The notes beneath the pieces are model-generated. The model did no database searches and was not told the DNA's origin. It worked only from the letters and a program-made list of their open reading frames with translations. A stretch of 64,000 bases of DNA from Lingula anatina (taxonomy: Eukaryota > Animalia > Brachiopoda), in the NCBI GenBank assembly GCA_051362555.1, contig CM120644.1, forward strand, positions 24,326,534 to 24,390,533, in the 5' to 3' direction. The position numbers were made by a program, and so were the translations under genes. Shown one piece after another: positions 27,785 to 39,825 of this stretch (the first letter of the stretch is position 1; each line of letters begins with the position of its first letter).

Positions 27785-30580
27785 GTGAAGTCCATGTGAA
27801 GTATTAAGGGTTATTCATTTTTGTCAGTGATCCAAATTTTCTTTTCTTAATATGAAAGCATTAAATATATAAGCAGCTAGACTAGGGATTAATTTTTTTT
27901 TTTTTTTTTTTTGTCATTAATCTTTTGAAAAAAATTTAGTAGGGTTATTCACTTGCAGATATTTTTCTCTTAATTCTGTATATGCTACTCATGTCATTAA
28001 AAATGGTATTCGTCTTCAACATCATAAATATTGTTTTTTACAGATTAAGCAGAGTCTATTGCATCTTTCTATACCTCTCAATCTACCGCTCTCAATATTT
28101 AGTATGTGATTTGCGCATCTGAATCTTGCTAGTGAGATTCTATGTTTTACATTTTTAACGCTTAATAAGTAACACTCTAGTGTTAGCGTACTCTTAAATA
28201 ATGAATAAGCAGGAAAAGGGCAACTCATATGTATGAATATGAAAAATTCCTAAATTTATCAAAACAATTCAAGCTCTAAACCTTTAAAACTGATGCAATA
28301 TTGTCACGACAGATTAGCTGTAAACATTGATCATTATTGTAACTTAAATGCTGGTTTTAGCAAAGCATTCATGGTTGTTGGAATTAAAACGCACAATACT
28401 CCTCAGCGTCAGAATAATTAAATGGATCACGGACTGTCAGACTTTAACATATGTTTTAGGTGACCAACCAATGCAGGAACACCGCAAATATCTTTCCACC
28501 TGCCCGTTCGTCCTAGGACTGGAAGTTGGGAATATTCCTCTGGAAGAACCAAGGACAGCTCTTCCTCTTGCTGTGTCAGAATCACAAAGACAAGCTGTGG
28601 GAGGCAGCGCAACAGGATCAGAGAGTAAGCATGATTTAACAATTATTATACCACATCCTCATAAACGCAAGGACAAGATTTGAAAGACCTAGTTAACCAT
28701 ATTCATGTGCTGCAATGTAATGCATATTGACCGAATTAGAGGATACCCCAATGTTGATACTATATGGAATTTGTACCCTCAACAAAAGTCGAGAATCGAG
28801 AAATGCGTACAGTGTACATGTACTACATAATGGGCGAGAAGCCTAGCTTAAGGCGAAACAATAAAAATGAACTATGTAATATCTGCATTACCCTAAGGCC
28901 CGGGCGTGTCATGTCCTGTTCCGCGTATCCCTGGATTCGTACCCCTCGTTTCCAAGCACGCCTATTGTTTCTGTTTGAGTCGTGGTTCATAGTGCATTAC
29001 ATCTAGAAAGCATGTTAGTGCATGACGCCAACCACAGATATTAAATGTCGTTAAACTGTCTTTACTTATCAAGACGAGCATTAAAACTTGCCTTTACATG
29101 TTTTCTCCCCATAGATGCCACAACTGGACCCACACTAGGAATACTAACAGCGAGACCTAGACACGAGAGGTACGCCATTGAACAGGCCAGAGTTGCGACC
29201 TTTGCTAACTGGCCGCCATCTCGTATTCCGCGTCCTGAAGCTCTCGCCAGGGCCGGCTTTTTTTACGCCGGTAAGTCCACTTTATATTTGAATAAAATAT
29301 ATTTCTTAAATTATTAATTATCAATATGTCACATATCCATTGGTGTTGCCAAATTTATATATAAAAAAATAAAAAAACCGAGACACATCGATACATATGT
29401 CATAACCTATAACGCCACTTTTTAAAGCGCATCAGCATCCCACAAAAGCAAAATCACCCTATATGTGAAGTATGTACAGATGACCATGTACTTCAACGTG
29501 CAATCCACAGCTCTCACGATATTTTTAGATTGTCGTTAATAATAAACTGATCCATGATGAATAAAAATGGACAAGTTGTAATCTTAGGCTTCATTCACAT
29601 GGAAAGTCTATTTTCTAAATTCTATTTTCTATTCGCGGAATGTTTTGTGATCACGGTCTGTGCCCTGAATATACCCGCGGCGTGATTACTGGCAGCGCGA
29701 GCCAGTTACTTATACAAAGCTTTTTTTTTAAATTAATTCTCGGCTGTGCTCGGAGGAACTTCTGATACCTTGACGCATGCGCAGTAGTATCTCTAAGCTG
29801 TGGAGTTAATCAGTTTAGGTGTGACGACTCAAACATACAGACGCGAAATATGCACAAAATCGACAAACACATTTTTCAAAGCAATCGTGGTCGCCATTAA
29901 CTTGCTAAATTCCTACTGCGCATGCGTAAAGGTATCAGAATCTCCACAGGGCACAGACCGTGATCACTAAACATACCGCGAATAGAAAATAGAATTTAGA
30001 AAATAAACTTTCCATGTGAATGAAGCCTTAATAAGAGGAGTAACAGGACCCATTAAGTTGATGTATTATTTATTTATTTATTGTTAATAACAGGTTTTGG
30101 TGACAACGTGAAATGTTTCTTCTGTGACGGAGGACTGAGGAATTGGGAACCACAAGACGACCCTTGGGCTGAGCATGCGCGTTGGTTCCCACGTTGTGGT
30201 TTTGTTCGTCAGTGCAAGGGAGATGCTTTTATTCAAATGATTAAGGGTCAAAATTCGCCAAACAACCCGGTTAGCATATATTTAACAACATCATTTAATA
30301 TAATGAAGATATAAACGAACTGTTTAGGGTAGCTGACGTTTAAAAATAGGTGTAACGACAAAAAGGAGGAAATTGTCTTTAGATTGTAAATCTACACACC
30401 ATGTAAGCAACTGCCATATACATTTATTATGCTTTTTTATATAAATTTTTCACGGTAAATATTGATTTATTCAATTTGGCCTCCCCAGTCTCAAGCACAA
30501 GATCAAAGAGCACAAGGTTAGTTATCCATTGCTTTCTGACCAACGAACACAATTATCATTTATTCGATACATGTGCCTTG

Positions 30581-30653
<73 letters not shown>

Positions 30654-32598
30654 AAGTGTGTATTATACATTTACATCTCTAAAATACCTCCTATTTCTGT
30701 CAACCCTGTGTATATATTGAAGCACTTCTCGACGGACATCAGTCAATATGTTCCCTCTGGCAGTTCCATTATAGTATTTGTGTTCAGCCTCAAACCAAAG
30801 TCGACAATAGAAAGGCATGTATTTTTCTACGGGTTCGCATGCCGTTTATATTACTTTTACTTCTCTGCCACTTACTGAATCTGACAAAAATGTTCCTGTC
30901 TCTGTCAACTGAATTGCCCTCAGTTTTGAATGTTCATCTTTCCCGAGAGAAGCGTTATTGGAACCGAACACGCCGTGTCCAACAGCTTCGTTATATCTTG
31001 TTAGTTTTTCTACCTGTTTGCTGTGCTTGAGAAGTATTTAATAAAAGAAGTTCTAAGCCATAGGTTCTATAAAGTAAATGGCTATATTTGGGATGTGATT
31101 TATGTAGCTGTGACCTGGATTTGAATCTCGCCTGGATTTCAATCTTGCCTGTGACATGTATATGAACAAGTCCTTATTGTTCTTATTTGTGATTGGAGCC
31201 CATCAAACATTCAACAACTTGGAACAAAATATCACCATATGCTTGTAAAAAATGGCTGAGCATGCTTCTTTTCTCATCATGTGATCAGAACTCTGTTTGT
31301 ATACAGGTGCGCCAGGCAATTACAATGTAGAGGCCCGGGAGATCAAAGCCCGCCTGGACACCCCGACAGTGCAGGCGGTCTTAGATATGGGTTTCAGACG
31401 AGATACAGTGCGTCAGGCGATCGAACGTAGATTGAGGGATACTGGGGATGATTTTCCCAGTGCAGCGAGTTTACTAGATGCCATTTTGAATATTGAGGAT
31501 GAGATGAACCGGCAGACGGCGCAAGGTGCGGCGGCGATGGCAGTAATTTGCCAAGAGGAACCTGGTCATCAGACACTTAACCCAGCTCTGTCTGAAGTAC
31601 CAGCATCTGTGACAACCCAAAAAACATCTCGAACGCAGAATTCGGGTAATGTCTGAGCTAATAACACTCCGATATGATTACTTGCGGTTAGATTATATAA
31701 AATATACACAGGGTTTAATAAACTAGACCAAAAGTTCAGAAACATCGTTATTTTGAATGATTATGAAATAATAATAGGTGCTAAGGTAAATATTTTAACC
31801 AAATGTTTGTGGATGGATGACAACTGGCATACCTGAATCATCTTTACAAAATCAGAGCTATTCAGACTTGATGTAAAATTGTATTTCATTTTAGAGAAAC
31901 AATCTAAAAAAGACAATAAAAAGAAAAAGAAGAAGCAAGACGCTCCGATACCAAAGGGAAGTGATGACAAGGGTGAGCACTAGGCTTTTGATCTCTGTTT
32001 GATGTGTGTCAGTGTCCAGTGATATAAAAACTAATATCGAGGTCAAATTCATAATGCGGCGATCAGATACTTAGTAATCGTGATTGAGTTTGTACGTCTT
32101 AGGAAATAGGCATACATATAAAAAAGCTTAACTTTCTGAAATAAAACTCATTTTCTTTTTTTTTTCAACTAAACAGTTCAAATATCATTATCATTTGTAA
32201 ACTATCAATGCACTCGAATTGCAGCTACAGGACGACTGGTATATATCGTTTATGTTGTTTACAATAAGAAGCATCCTGAAGCACTTGATGAATGATTAAA
32301 AAAAGAAGGGCAAACGTGTTTATTTGTGTCCTTTCCCTTGACTGAATGTTATATCATTATCAACAACTGTTTTGAAGTAAGTGTTGCCAACCATATTTCA
32401 GAGACCAAGTCCTTGCTTGAGGAAAACAAAAGACTGAAAGAAGAGCGCATCTGTAAGATATGTATGGATGAAGAAGTTAGCGTGGTATTTCTGCCGTGCG
32501 GCCATCTTGTCGCCTGTGTCCAGTGTGCGCCTGCGTTGAGGAATTGCGCCATTTGCAGAACAGCTATCAAGGGCACGGTTAGGTCCATATTAAGTTAA
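13349..32598 (+). CDS. Chimeric NLR-IAP gene, copy A: HEPN(DZIP3-type)-CARD-NACHT(truncated)-LRR remnant-BIRx3-UBA-RING, ~1541 aa
   Basis: Phase-compatible GT-AG exons: 13349-14162, (14376-14444 optional), 21395-21526, 21860-21900, 22159-24589, 28460-28624, 29115-29270, 30094-30269, 30489-30516, 31307-31645, 31895-31972, 32402-32598. Sum 4626 nt with no internal stop; GCCATGG start context. The joining is predicted, not transcript-verified. Confidence 0.75.
14537..14840 (+). repeat. BEL/Pao 5' LTR
   Basis: TGTAAAGGAC...CCGCCACA; AATAAA at 14777. Confidence 0.95.
14943..20438 (+). pseudogene. BEL/Pao gag-pol polyprotein (gag with three Cys/His knuckles, protease LLDSGS, RT YVDD, RNase H FSDAS, integrase VDYFG/SDNGTNF), broken by two frameshifts
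   Basis: ORFs 14943-18329, 18316-19593 and 19485-20438 overlap consecutively in different frames. Shifts lie at an A-run (~18299-18306) and near 19470. Confidence 0.93.
20870..21172 (+). repeat. BEL/Pao 3' LTR
   Basis: Near-identical to 14537-14840, followed by the TTTAC duplication. Confidence 0.95.
22159..24589 (+). CDS. 2.4-kb exon: CARD, NACHT NBD/HD1, LRR-like remnant, linker, BIR1 and first half of BIR2 (copy A)
   Basis: CARD-like ...[19 protein letters not shown]...LA; Walker [10 protein letters not shown] (22663-22689); Walker [10 protein letters not shown]; VITTRP; PLLLL; BIR1 RLSTF...[18 protein letters not shown]...W...D.P...H....PDC; BIR2 RLATF..WP...[18 protein letters not shown]. 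Confidence 0.88.
24828..27783 (+). mobile_element. Internally deleted Tx1/L1-clade LINE inserted in an (AAT)n microsatellite, copy A only
   Basis: 5' GGGGGGGAGAACAAGATGGCG. Frameshifted ORF1 (~25409-26417: [36 protein letters not shown]). Only the post-RT part of ORF2 remains ([40 protein letters not shown]). AATAAA at 27725 then (AAT)n. Copy B has an uninterrupted (AAT)n at ~56175-56207. Confidence 0.9.
27960..28230 (-). mobile_element. Old LINE 3'-end fragment (also ~56380-56650)
   Basis: [22 protein letters not shown]...[10 protein letters not shown] resembles the C-terminus of non-LTR retrotransposon ORF2. Boundaries approximate. Confidence 0.65.
28460..28624 (+). CDS. Exon: end of BIR2 ([17 protein letters not shown]) plus linker, copy A
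   Basis: TTTTAG acceptor, GTAAGC donor, phase 1-1. Confidence 0.88.
29115..29270 (+). CDS. Exon: first half of BIR3 ([10 protein letters not shown]...[10 protein letters not shown]), copy A
   Basis: CCCCATAG acceptor, GTAAGT donor. Confidence 0.9.
29587..30027. mobile_element. Harbinger-like foldback MITE, copy A only
   Basis: Long TIRs GGCTTCATTCACATGGAAAG... / ...CTTTCCATGTGAATGAAGCC with TTA duplication. Copy B empty site GTCTTAATAAGAGG (~57994). Confidence 0.9.
30094..30269 (+). CDS. Exon: second half of BIR3 ([32 protein letters not shown]), copy A
   Basis: Canonical type II BIR zinc ligands; AACAG acceptor, GTTAGC donor. Confidence 0.92.
31307..31645 (+). CDS. Exon: IAP-type UBA domain (VQAVLDMGF...[13 protein letters not shown]....LLDAIL), copy A
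   Basis: MGF loop and LL motif of IAP UBA domains; phase 1-1. Confidence 0.88.
32402..32598 (+). CDS. Terminal exon: IAP C3HC4 RING, copy A
   Basis: [47 protein letters not shown]...GTVRSILS*. Confidence 0.95.
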
Positions 32599-33177
32599 TC
32601 TTTATGTTATCCTGGCCAGGAATAGCAATGATTCATCCAAACTGCACCATCATCTTAATATCTAAATAATACGTTGAAGGAACTACAGTAAGTATCACAG
32701 ATTCAATGATATTTCATGATCACATATTGCAATGTGTAGTAACAACTATTCTCATTTTGACAGTTTTAAGAAAGATTTTGTACCTACAAACAACATAAAA
32801 CAAAACATTGGCATAGAGCGACTATCATAAAGATCACAATAAAGAAAAATGTTATTTATGAACCATCTCTCTCATTGTTATTTTTTACAGCTTTTAAAGT
32901 CACAAAATTACTCAAAAGTGAATTGTATATATATATTTTTTCATATTAAAAACGCTAATGCACTATTCTTTGTTCAGTTAGAACATTTGAACACAATGCA
33001 GATTGATTTTATTTATATGAATATTAATCTGACTTGACTTACTACGTGTGGCTAGTGCCTTGCTATATTTTTTTAAAATATTGCAAGCAAACTTCTGGTG
33101 TAAAAAGGTGTGTTTACTATGACAACATTTTAATGTCTGTATTAAGGATTTTTAGAGTTTTCATTATTGTTACTTAA

Positions 33178-33519
33178 AGGGATAATAACTCTTCGCGTGA
33201 GATTTATATTTCACAATAAAAACATTGTGAACAACTCACAGAAATATAATGTATTCTGTTTTACCACAAAAATGGCAGTTATAGCTATTATTTTGATATC
33301 TGAGCTTGTCTTTAGACCACGTGACCTCCACTGATGGCTATACTCTGTTATTATCTCTTAAGAAATTATAACCAAAAAACAAACTTTTTTCGAAAAAAAC
33401 AGGGACTAACTTTGAATGTAAAAATGGATTCATTTACCATTGGTAAGTATTGGAAAATTGTTGTTTACTCTAGGAAAATTATTTTTATTTTTTGGCCAGA
33501 ATGAAGAGTTATTATCCCT
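33178..33519. mobile_element. Kolobok-like MITE downstream of the copy A stop
   Basis: TTAA|AGGGATAATAACTCTTC ... GAAGAGTTATTATCCCT|TTAA; absent from copy B (~60920). Confidence 0.82.
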
Positions 33520-34634
33520 TTAAATGATTTCAGGAATTGATCTATGCATTCTCATTATGATAAAAATTGTGCGAAACGCGCGATATTAGCATGTTACTTA
33601 TTATTTTTAGTCGTGACAAATAGAAGTATTTTTCCTAATCAATATGTACTGTTTTTATTAATTATACAGCGTGTTTATTTATTTTTATATTATATTTTAC
33701 AAACCAATTTATGATAATTCCTATAAAATGAATATTATGTTAACCATGATTATTACCATGTTGTATTTTACTTACTTTTCAAACTTATGAATAATAGTGT
33801 TTATATTTATTTTTTAATTATGTTTTATTACATGTGTATCTTATTATTCATTATATGTTATTTTGCAGAATCTTACGAACTGTGCATGGTATTTACGTTG
33901 ATGTCAACACTGAAACCTTGCCATATAACATTTTTAAAATATGTAAATGTGCTGTTTATATAAATGAACTTTTCAACAACCGACAAAGAGACGGATTTTC
34001 TGATTAGGTTTTCGTTTCATTTGATAAATGAATAACATTTGTTGATATAATATGAGGTGTTTAATTTATAGACGAGCAGTTGGACTTCATGACGTTGATT
34101 GGTTCTGCTCGTTATATGATGATATCAGTAAATTATATGGTATACATGTTGCATAAAATACAATTTGGTATCAATAAACGTATTTATCAAGATATGTATA
34201 AATCTAATGTTAGTATTGAGCAACATTAAGAATCAATAATGAATGTCGATCGAGATGTATTGTATAATCGATTCCAATGACTAACTCTTGATAAGGATTC
34301 GGAATGGGACATGTTTTGATATTATGATAAGTATAATGGCACATTGCCATATTTGTAAATACATGGAGTGTTGATGCATGGTACATATGTTTATGATAAT
34401 ATGAATTTTTTTGGTAATTTACGGATTTTGTGTTATGTATTTGTTTTAAAAAAATTTGTTTTAAAAATGAAAAGAATAATAGAGCGTATGTTGTAAAACT
34501 TCAGAATTCAAGGACAGATTCTTTTGAAAAAAAAAAAGGTGTACGTTATGAAGTTAATGGCTTACACCTTCACTAATTGCAGATAATCATTAAAAAATCA
34601 AATGAGTAGAAGAATGAAGAGTTATTGAGTGTAA

Positions 34635-34849
34635 TATTGCATTCCCATAGATTTAGATCAATCAATCTAGATTGATCTAACTCCCTGGGGGTTCACGCTT
34701 AATTACTGTCAGCCGAGCGCGCACGGTAGTTAATTACTCCCTTACAGCTTTTAGTAGGCGGGACAGGCATTTGAGCCGGCAAAGCTGTCAGTAATCTAGT
34801 GAGACTCCCCACAGAGATAGATCGATCTAAAATGTGTGGTAATGGGGTC
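34635..34849. mobile_element. Harbinger-type MITE (same family as 5589-5803, opposite orientation), copy A only
   Basis: TAA duplication; copy B empty site GAGTGTAAGTTA (~61999). Confidence 0.78.
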
Positions 34850-35648
34850 TAAGTTATATTTCTTAAAGAGTCAGCAAGTGTAGAAATTGTTTTCGTGGTA
34901 GGAAAAGAACGAAAATGTCAAAGTTACGTACAATTTTATTTGATTTGTCAATTTCTCAATAGATTTGCATGTTTCAGCAGCCACATGTTAAACACATGCA
35001 CATTTAGTATGAATATAGTCCGAGCATGAGCAATTCAAATAACATTTTATATGTTTTCTCGAAGACACATCTGTTAGAAACAACATAATAAGGACATATT
35101 GTGGGATGCAACACGTGAAAGGAAATGCCTTTTAATCAGGGAAAAGACAATAGGTCGAAAACAAGTAAATTATATATATTAAACACACTTGTGAATTTAT
35201 ATGAAAAATCAGTCGGTGAATATATATTGGAAAGCTGCATAGCGTCGTTTTCGTCGCTATGATAATATGTCCAAGATTAAGTTTAGTTTTCATCAGGTTT
35301 TGACAATTGTAATTTTTGGGTTTAATGTGTATCTAAAAAGTAACTTAATAAACTTACATAAAATACAATTGCATTCTCATTAAGTTGCTGTATGCCTCAA
35401 GTATCCTGGCCCAGAACCTACAAATATTTCTTCAGGTAAACTGCTAAGTTTTGGTCTGTTGCTATCAATCGGGTGAACAAGGTGGATTGGTATTCATTAA
35501 GTCAGAAATCAGATTATGCCTGGTAGAATTTCCAAATATCTAGCTTTCAATGGGTAAATGATTATTACACTATACTGTTAGAATATTGTTTATCATCCTG
35601 TTGCTAGATAAACAGATATTAGAATAGGAAGAAGCCAATGTAGCAGCA

Positions 35649-35900
35649 GTGACACAGGCCATTGCTCAATTGACCATCAGTTGTGAGAAACATAATGATA
35701 ATGAATTAAAATATTACTGTGAAGAAGATGATATTGTTGCATGTGGTGACTGCGAATTAACAGACATGGTATTCTGTCAGTTTATAAAGTTGCAAAAAAC
35801 GAGAGAGATCAAATCAATACAGGAAAGGTTCCATTCACATAAAGCAAGACAGAAATACCTGCATTCATGGCTCTATTTCCATAACCTGAGCAATGATTGA
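35649..35900 (+). pseudogene. B-box zinc finger (TRIM-like) relic between the two copies
   Basis: CEKHNDNELKYYCEEDDIVACGDC matches the B-box2 pattern, but the frame degenerates before the final His ligands. Confidence 0.6.
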
Positions 35901-36849
35901 GCAGGGCGTGAATATATACAAAGTAGGCAACAGGAGGCGGAGCTAAAACTAAAACCATGTCCACTACAGACACTGACATTCACTGGTGTGCAGCATAGAT
36001 TCGTTGTAACCATCAATTATACATACCATTTTTTATACCATCAGTGAATAATTGAGATGGCTGTGCAATAAATAAAGCTATGGGTTTCAGGATTTGGAAA
36101 CACTTAATAATTTTCTTTCCGAATTGGTGACTTGGTATTAGAAATGACCGGATTTAATTATTTATTTGTCAACAAAATTAGATCACTACTAATTAATTTA
36201 GTAGAATTTTAAGTTATTTTGTCTGAAATGCGATCAGTAATTTCGTTTGCCAGTATGTCTTAGAACAATATTTTCATATGCAATTTGTTTCTGTCATATT
36301 TTTAGAAAATATTTATTGACATATGCACTTTGAATTGTATTTTGAATTATATTTTAGTAAAGCAAAGCATCATGATGTAGAGAAAACTATCAACCTCTAA
36401 GGAAAATATCTTCAAAGGCTGTCATGTTGCAATTGTCACGAATGTTCTCGATTATTCTTTCAATAAATACAGGTATATTAAACTTTAAATATTAAACTAT
36501 AAATATTATACTACCATAATTCACTAAAAAGGCCAACCGCACTTATCAGGCGTTAGAGTAAAATATGTTTATGGAACTCGCAAACAAGCTTGTAAAATGT
36601 TAACCATACATACTTTTACGCGTCATTATTGTATTATTTTATTCAATTATAATATTCGTTTAATTTAAGTCTAATGTGATACAAATTAACGGGTTTTACA
36701 AGTTTTACAATGTTGTGGTGGAAATTCTACATTTTACGTTCAGTGATTATATCGGATTTTTTTTTACAAGCGTCGCTATTCAGGCGCATATGATACATTT
36801 ATACCGATATCCCCCCTCCACCCCACCACCACCAGCGCACACACACACA

Positions 36850-36894
<45 letters not shown>

Positions 36895-38449
36895 TTTATT
36901 ATATTTCCAGAAATTGTTTTTTTTATCGTTCAGAGAATGGTGTTTATATTGTTGTATGCCATTATGACCCTCTGTCTGCAACCTCCAGTTAATTGAAGTC
37001 ATTTAATAATGAAACAACGACGTTTATTTTTTATTATAATTTTAGTTTCGACTGTGAATATAACACTAGTACTATTAACCCTTAAAGGCCCAAGACATGT
37101 TTTTCTTGCATGAAAATGTTAATACCTAGGTAATAGGGTTGTAATAAGCACATTTATCAATAAATGTTGAAAAAAATATTTTGGGCAACATTGACCTAGT
37201 TTTTGGCTATGCTCCACCGGTGACCCACTGGGCTTTAGAGGTAAACAAATGACCAAGTTTCAAAAAATCAAAAACCTCTTTTTATTACAATAACAACATT
37301 AAAAAATAAATTCAAACATGGAAGTGTAGCTAACACTTTTGTGTGGTTTAAGACTATTGTATTTAGAATGAAAAGCCAGAATATTGAATTTATTATTTAC
37401 CTTGATATGACAATACAGACACATACAAACCCACTAGAAAATAGCATTAGCGCCTTCTTATGGAGGAAGACATATTTGAGTGAAGTGAAGGATAATGACC
37501 TAGTTTCTAATTGGTCAACAAGGATAAACTAGGACATAGGGGAATAGGAAATGGCAAAATGAAGTGGATTCATTTTTTGTGGTGTGGGTGGGGACGTCTG
37601 AAACTTGGGGGTCACGGGTCACCCACTATAATCTTTAGCCTAGAAAAGTGCTTACATTACATAAAGCGGCTTCCAGCCGCACTGATTCACGCTATTACGC
37701 TCACTCACGTGCTATCAACCTTCACCTGCCCCCCTACCCCCTTTTCCTGTTTTCACACCTGAATACCGTGCACAATTCGTGTAGCTGCGAAGTGTACATT
37801 GGCATGCAACAGCACAAATATTTTCTTTTACAAGGGATAATGTCATTACATCTGTGTGCTTTTCTATCAGCAGCTCTATTACAGTAAGTTACACAAGCTA
37901 GGTCACTGAGCAATGCGCCACTGTAGTAACGGAAGTCTGCTAGGTGAATATGCGTAGACAAGTAAGGCTGCGGCATTGGAATATCATATTAGATCAATCG
38001 AAGAATAAAAACCCCACGACTGCGCGACACTGAAATATTTTATGACGCAGCACCGCAGCTGTATTTATGTCAATAATATCACCTGACAACTATCGACGGG
38101 CGCCATTTTGTTCGCCTTACCAGAGAAAAGTCTTTAGGAAAGTCATTTTAAAGACTAAATATAAAAAAAAACATATCCTGGGAAAGTAAAAGATAAATCA
38201 AAATACTAGTGAGCGTGAATTCACCGCACAAAGAAAATCACTGACATTGTTTGATCTGCTGAGTAGAGACGATCTTGCTTCGATGAAGACTTTTCAAGGA
38301 TTAGGTGGGAAATCGACCGCTGAAATTTTTATGTTTTAGAGGTACAGTATGAGGCGTAAAAGATGATATTACAAGTCCACATTTCATAATATTCTTATTT
38401 CAAACTTCAATTTGAATATCGCTAACGTATAACCATCAAATAAAAACTG

Positions 38450-39133
38450 GGGCCGGTTTCACAAAGCGGTAGTTAGTTAGCGATCGGTAGTTAGCCTCTC
38501 GCTAGTTAGAGTGCCGTTTCACGAAGCAGTCGCTAGTTCTCTCGCTCGTTATTTTCTCGTTGTTGCCTTGGATATTTAACGACTGGTCAGACCAGTCACT
38601 AACTCTAGAGTTTCATCGTACGCATGCTTAATGAGTGAAATAAAAAGGTTGCTTAGTTACCGTTGTCTGTCGTTTGTCTTTGTATCCAATATGGCGGCTA
38701 CTTTTCTTGCTATCCGCACTGTCAGACGGCAACGTAGACTACGACGTTTTCATGAAAGGCAGAATCTATAAGAATATACTCACGATAATGCAATTTACGA
38801 GAGGTTGCGTCTAGCTGTGACAAAAAGAGCGGCAAAAAAGGTGGTGGAGATCCTTTACAACGACCTCAAAGCAGACGTTCTAATGCATTTCCAGTCACCA
38901 AAAACTGGAGAGTTAGTGCTTTCGTGACACTTTTACGTAAGAGTTCCACTTCCGGCAGACGGTTTCGAGATTACGGTGAGTAACGAGAGAACTAACGACC
39001 GAACTTTACGACTGAACTTAGCGATGAGTTACCGACTGCTGGGTGAAACACCCCTCAAAAATCGCTAAGTTTTCTCGTTAGCGAGGTAGTTCAGTAGTTA
39101 GTTGTTCTAACTACTGCTTTGTGAAACCGGCCC
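38450..39133 (+). mobile_element. PIF/Harbinger-derived element (paralogue of 2932-3614)
   Basis: Same TIRs and CTG duplication. Confidence 0.8.
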
Positions 39134-39825
39134 CTGAACTATAATTGCAATCACCGCATGTTCCCTGAAAGTCACTGATCAATGCTTGTGCGGAAACTAT
39201 GCAATGCCATAGGGACCATTCCCACAGATATTTGGATCGATCCATCTCCCCGGGGAATCTCACTAAATTGCTATTAACTTAATCCGCTTAAACATTTGTC
39301 GTAGAGGCTACACAGGCCGTGATTCCATGCAGTTTCGTATGATTTCGCACGGCCAACTCCTTCCACCGCACAGAAGGGATTTACGAGCACTATAAACTAT
39401 GAGGACGTCGCATATTCTATGTAACCTATAGGGTTTACCAGCCAAAATGGATTTGCCTGGGGTGGAGGATGTCTTCTGCTCATGGATCATTACTCCAGCT
39501 CCCCCTGCTATGCTTTATTCCGTCTTTAATTCAATTGTTTAATCTTTATTTCCCAATGACTGGCCAAATTTTTGAAACGTATTTTAGAAGTCGGATAGTG
39601 GCATGACAATATCTTCATGTTCAGGTAATATTACCTACCAGTACTTTACAGCTAGCGTAACAGCAGTAATGTGATTAACCCCTAGCTGCTGCTTACCTGT
39701 TCCTAGGCCAATGTAGTGCTCTAAACATATGTTAATTGTACTGACAGTCAAAATGCAGCGGTCATTGTTTACCTGGGTTGATAATTGGAGATTCACACAG
39801 TACATGTAACAATAAACACGTCTGA

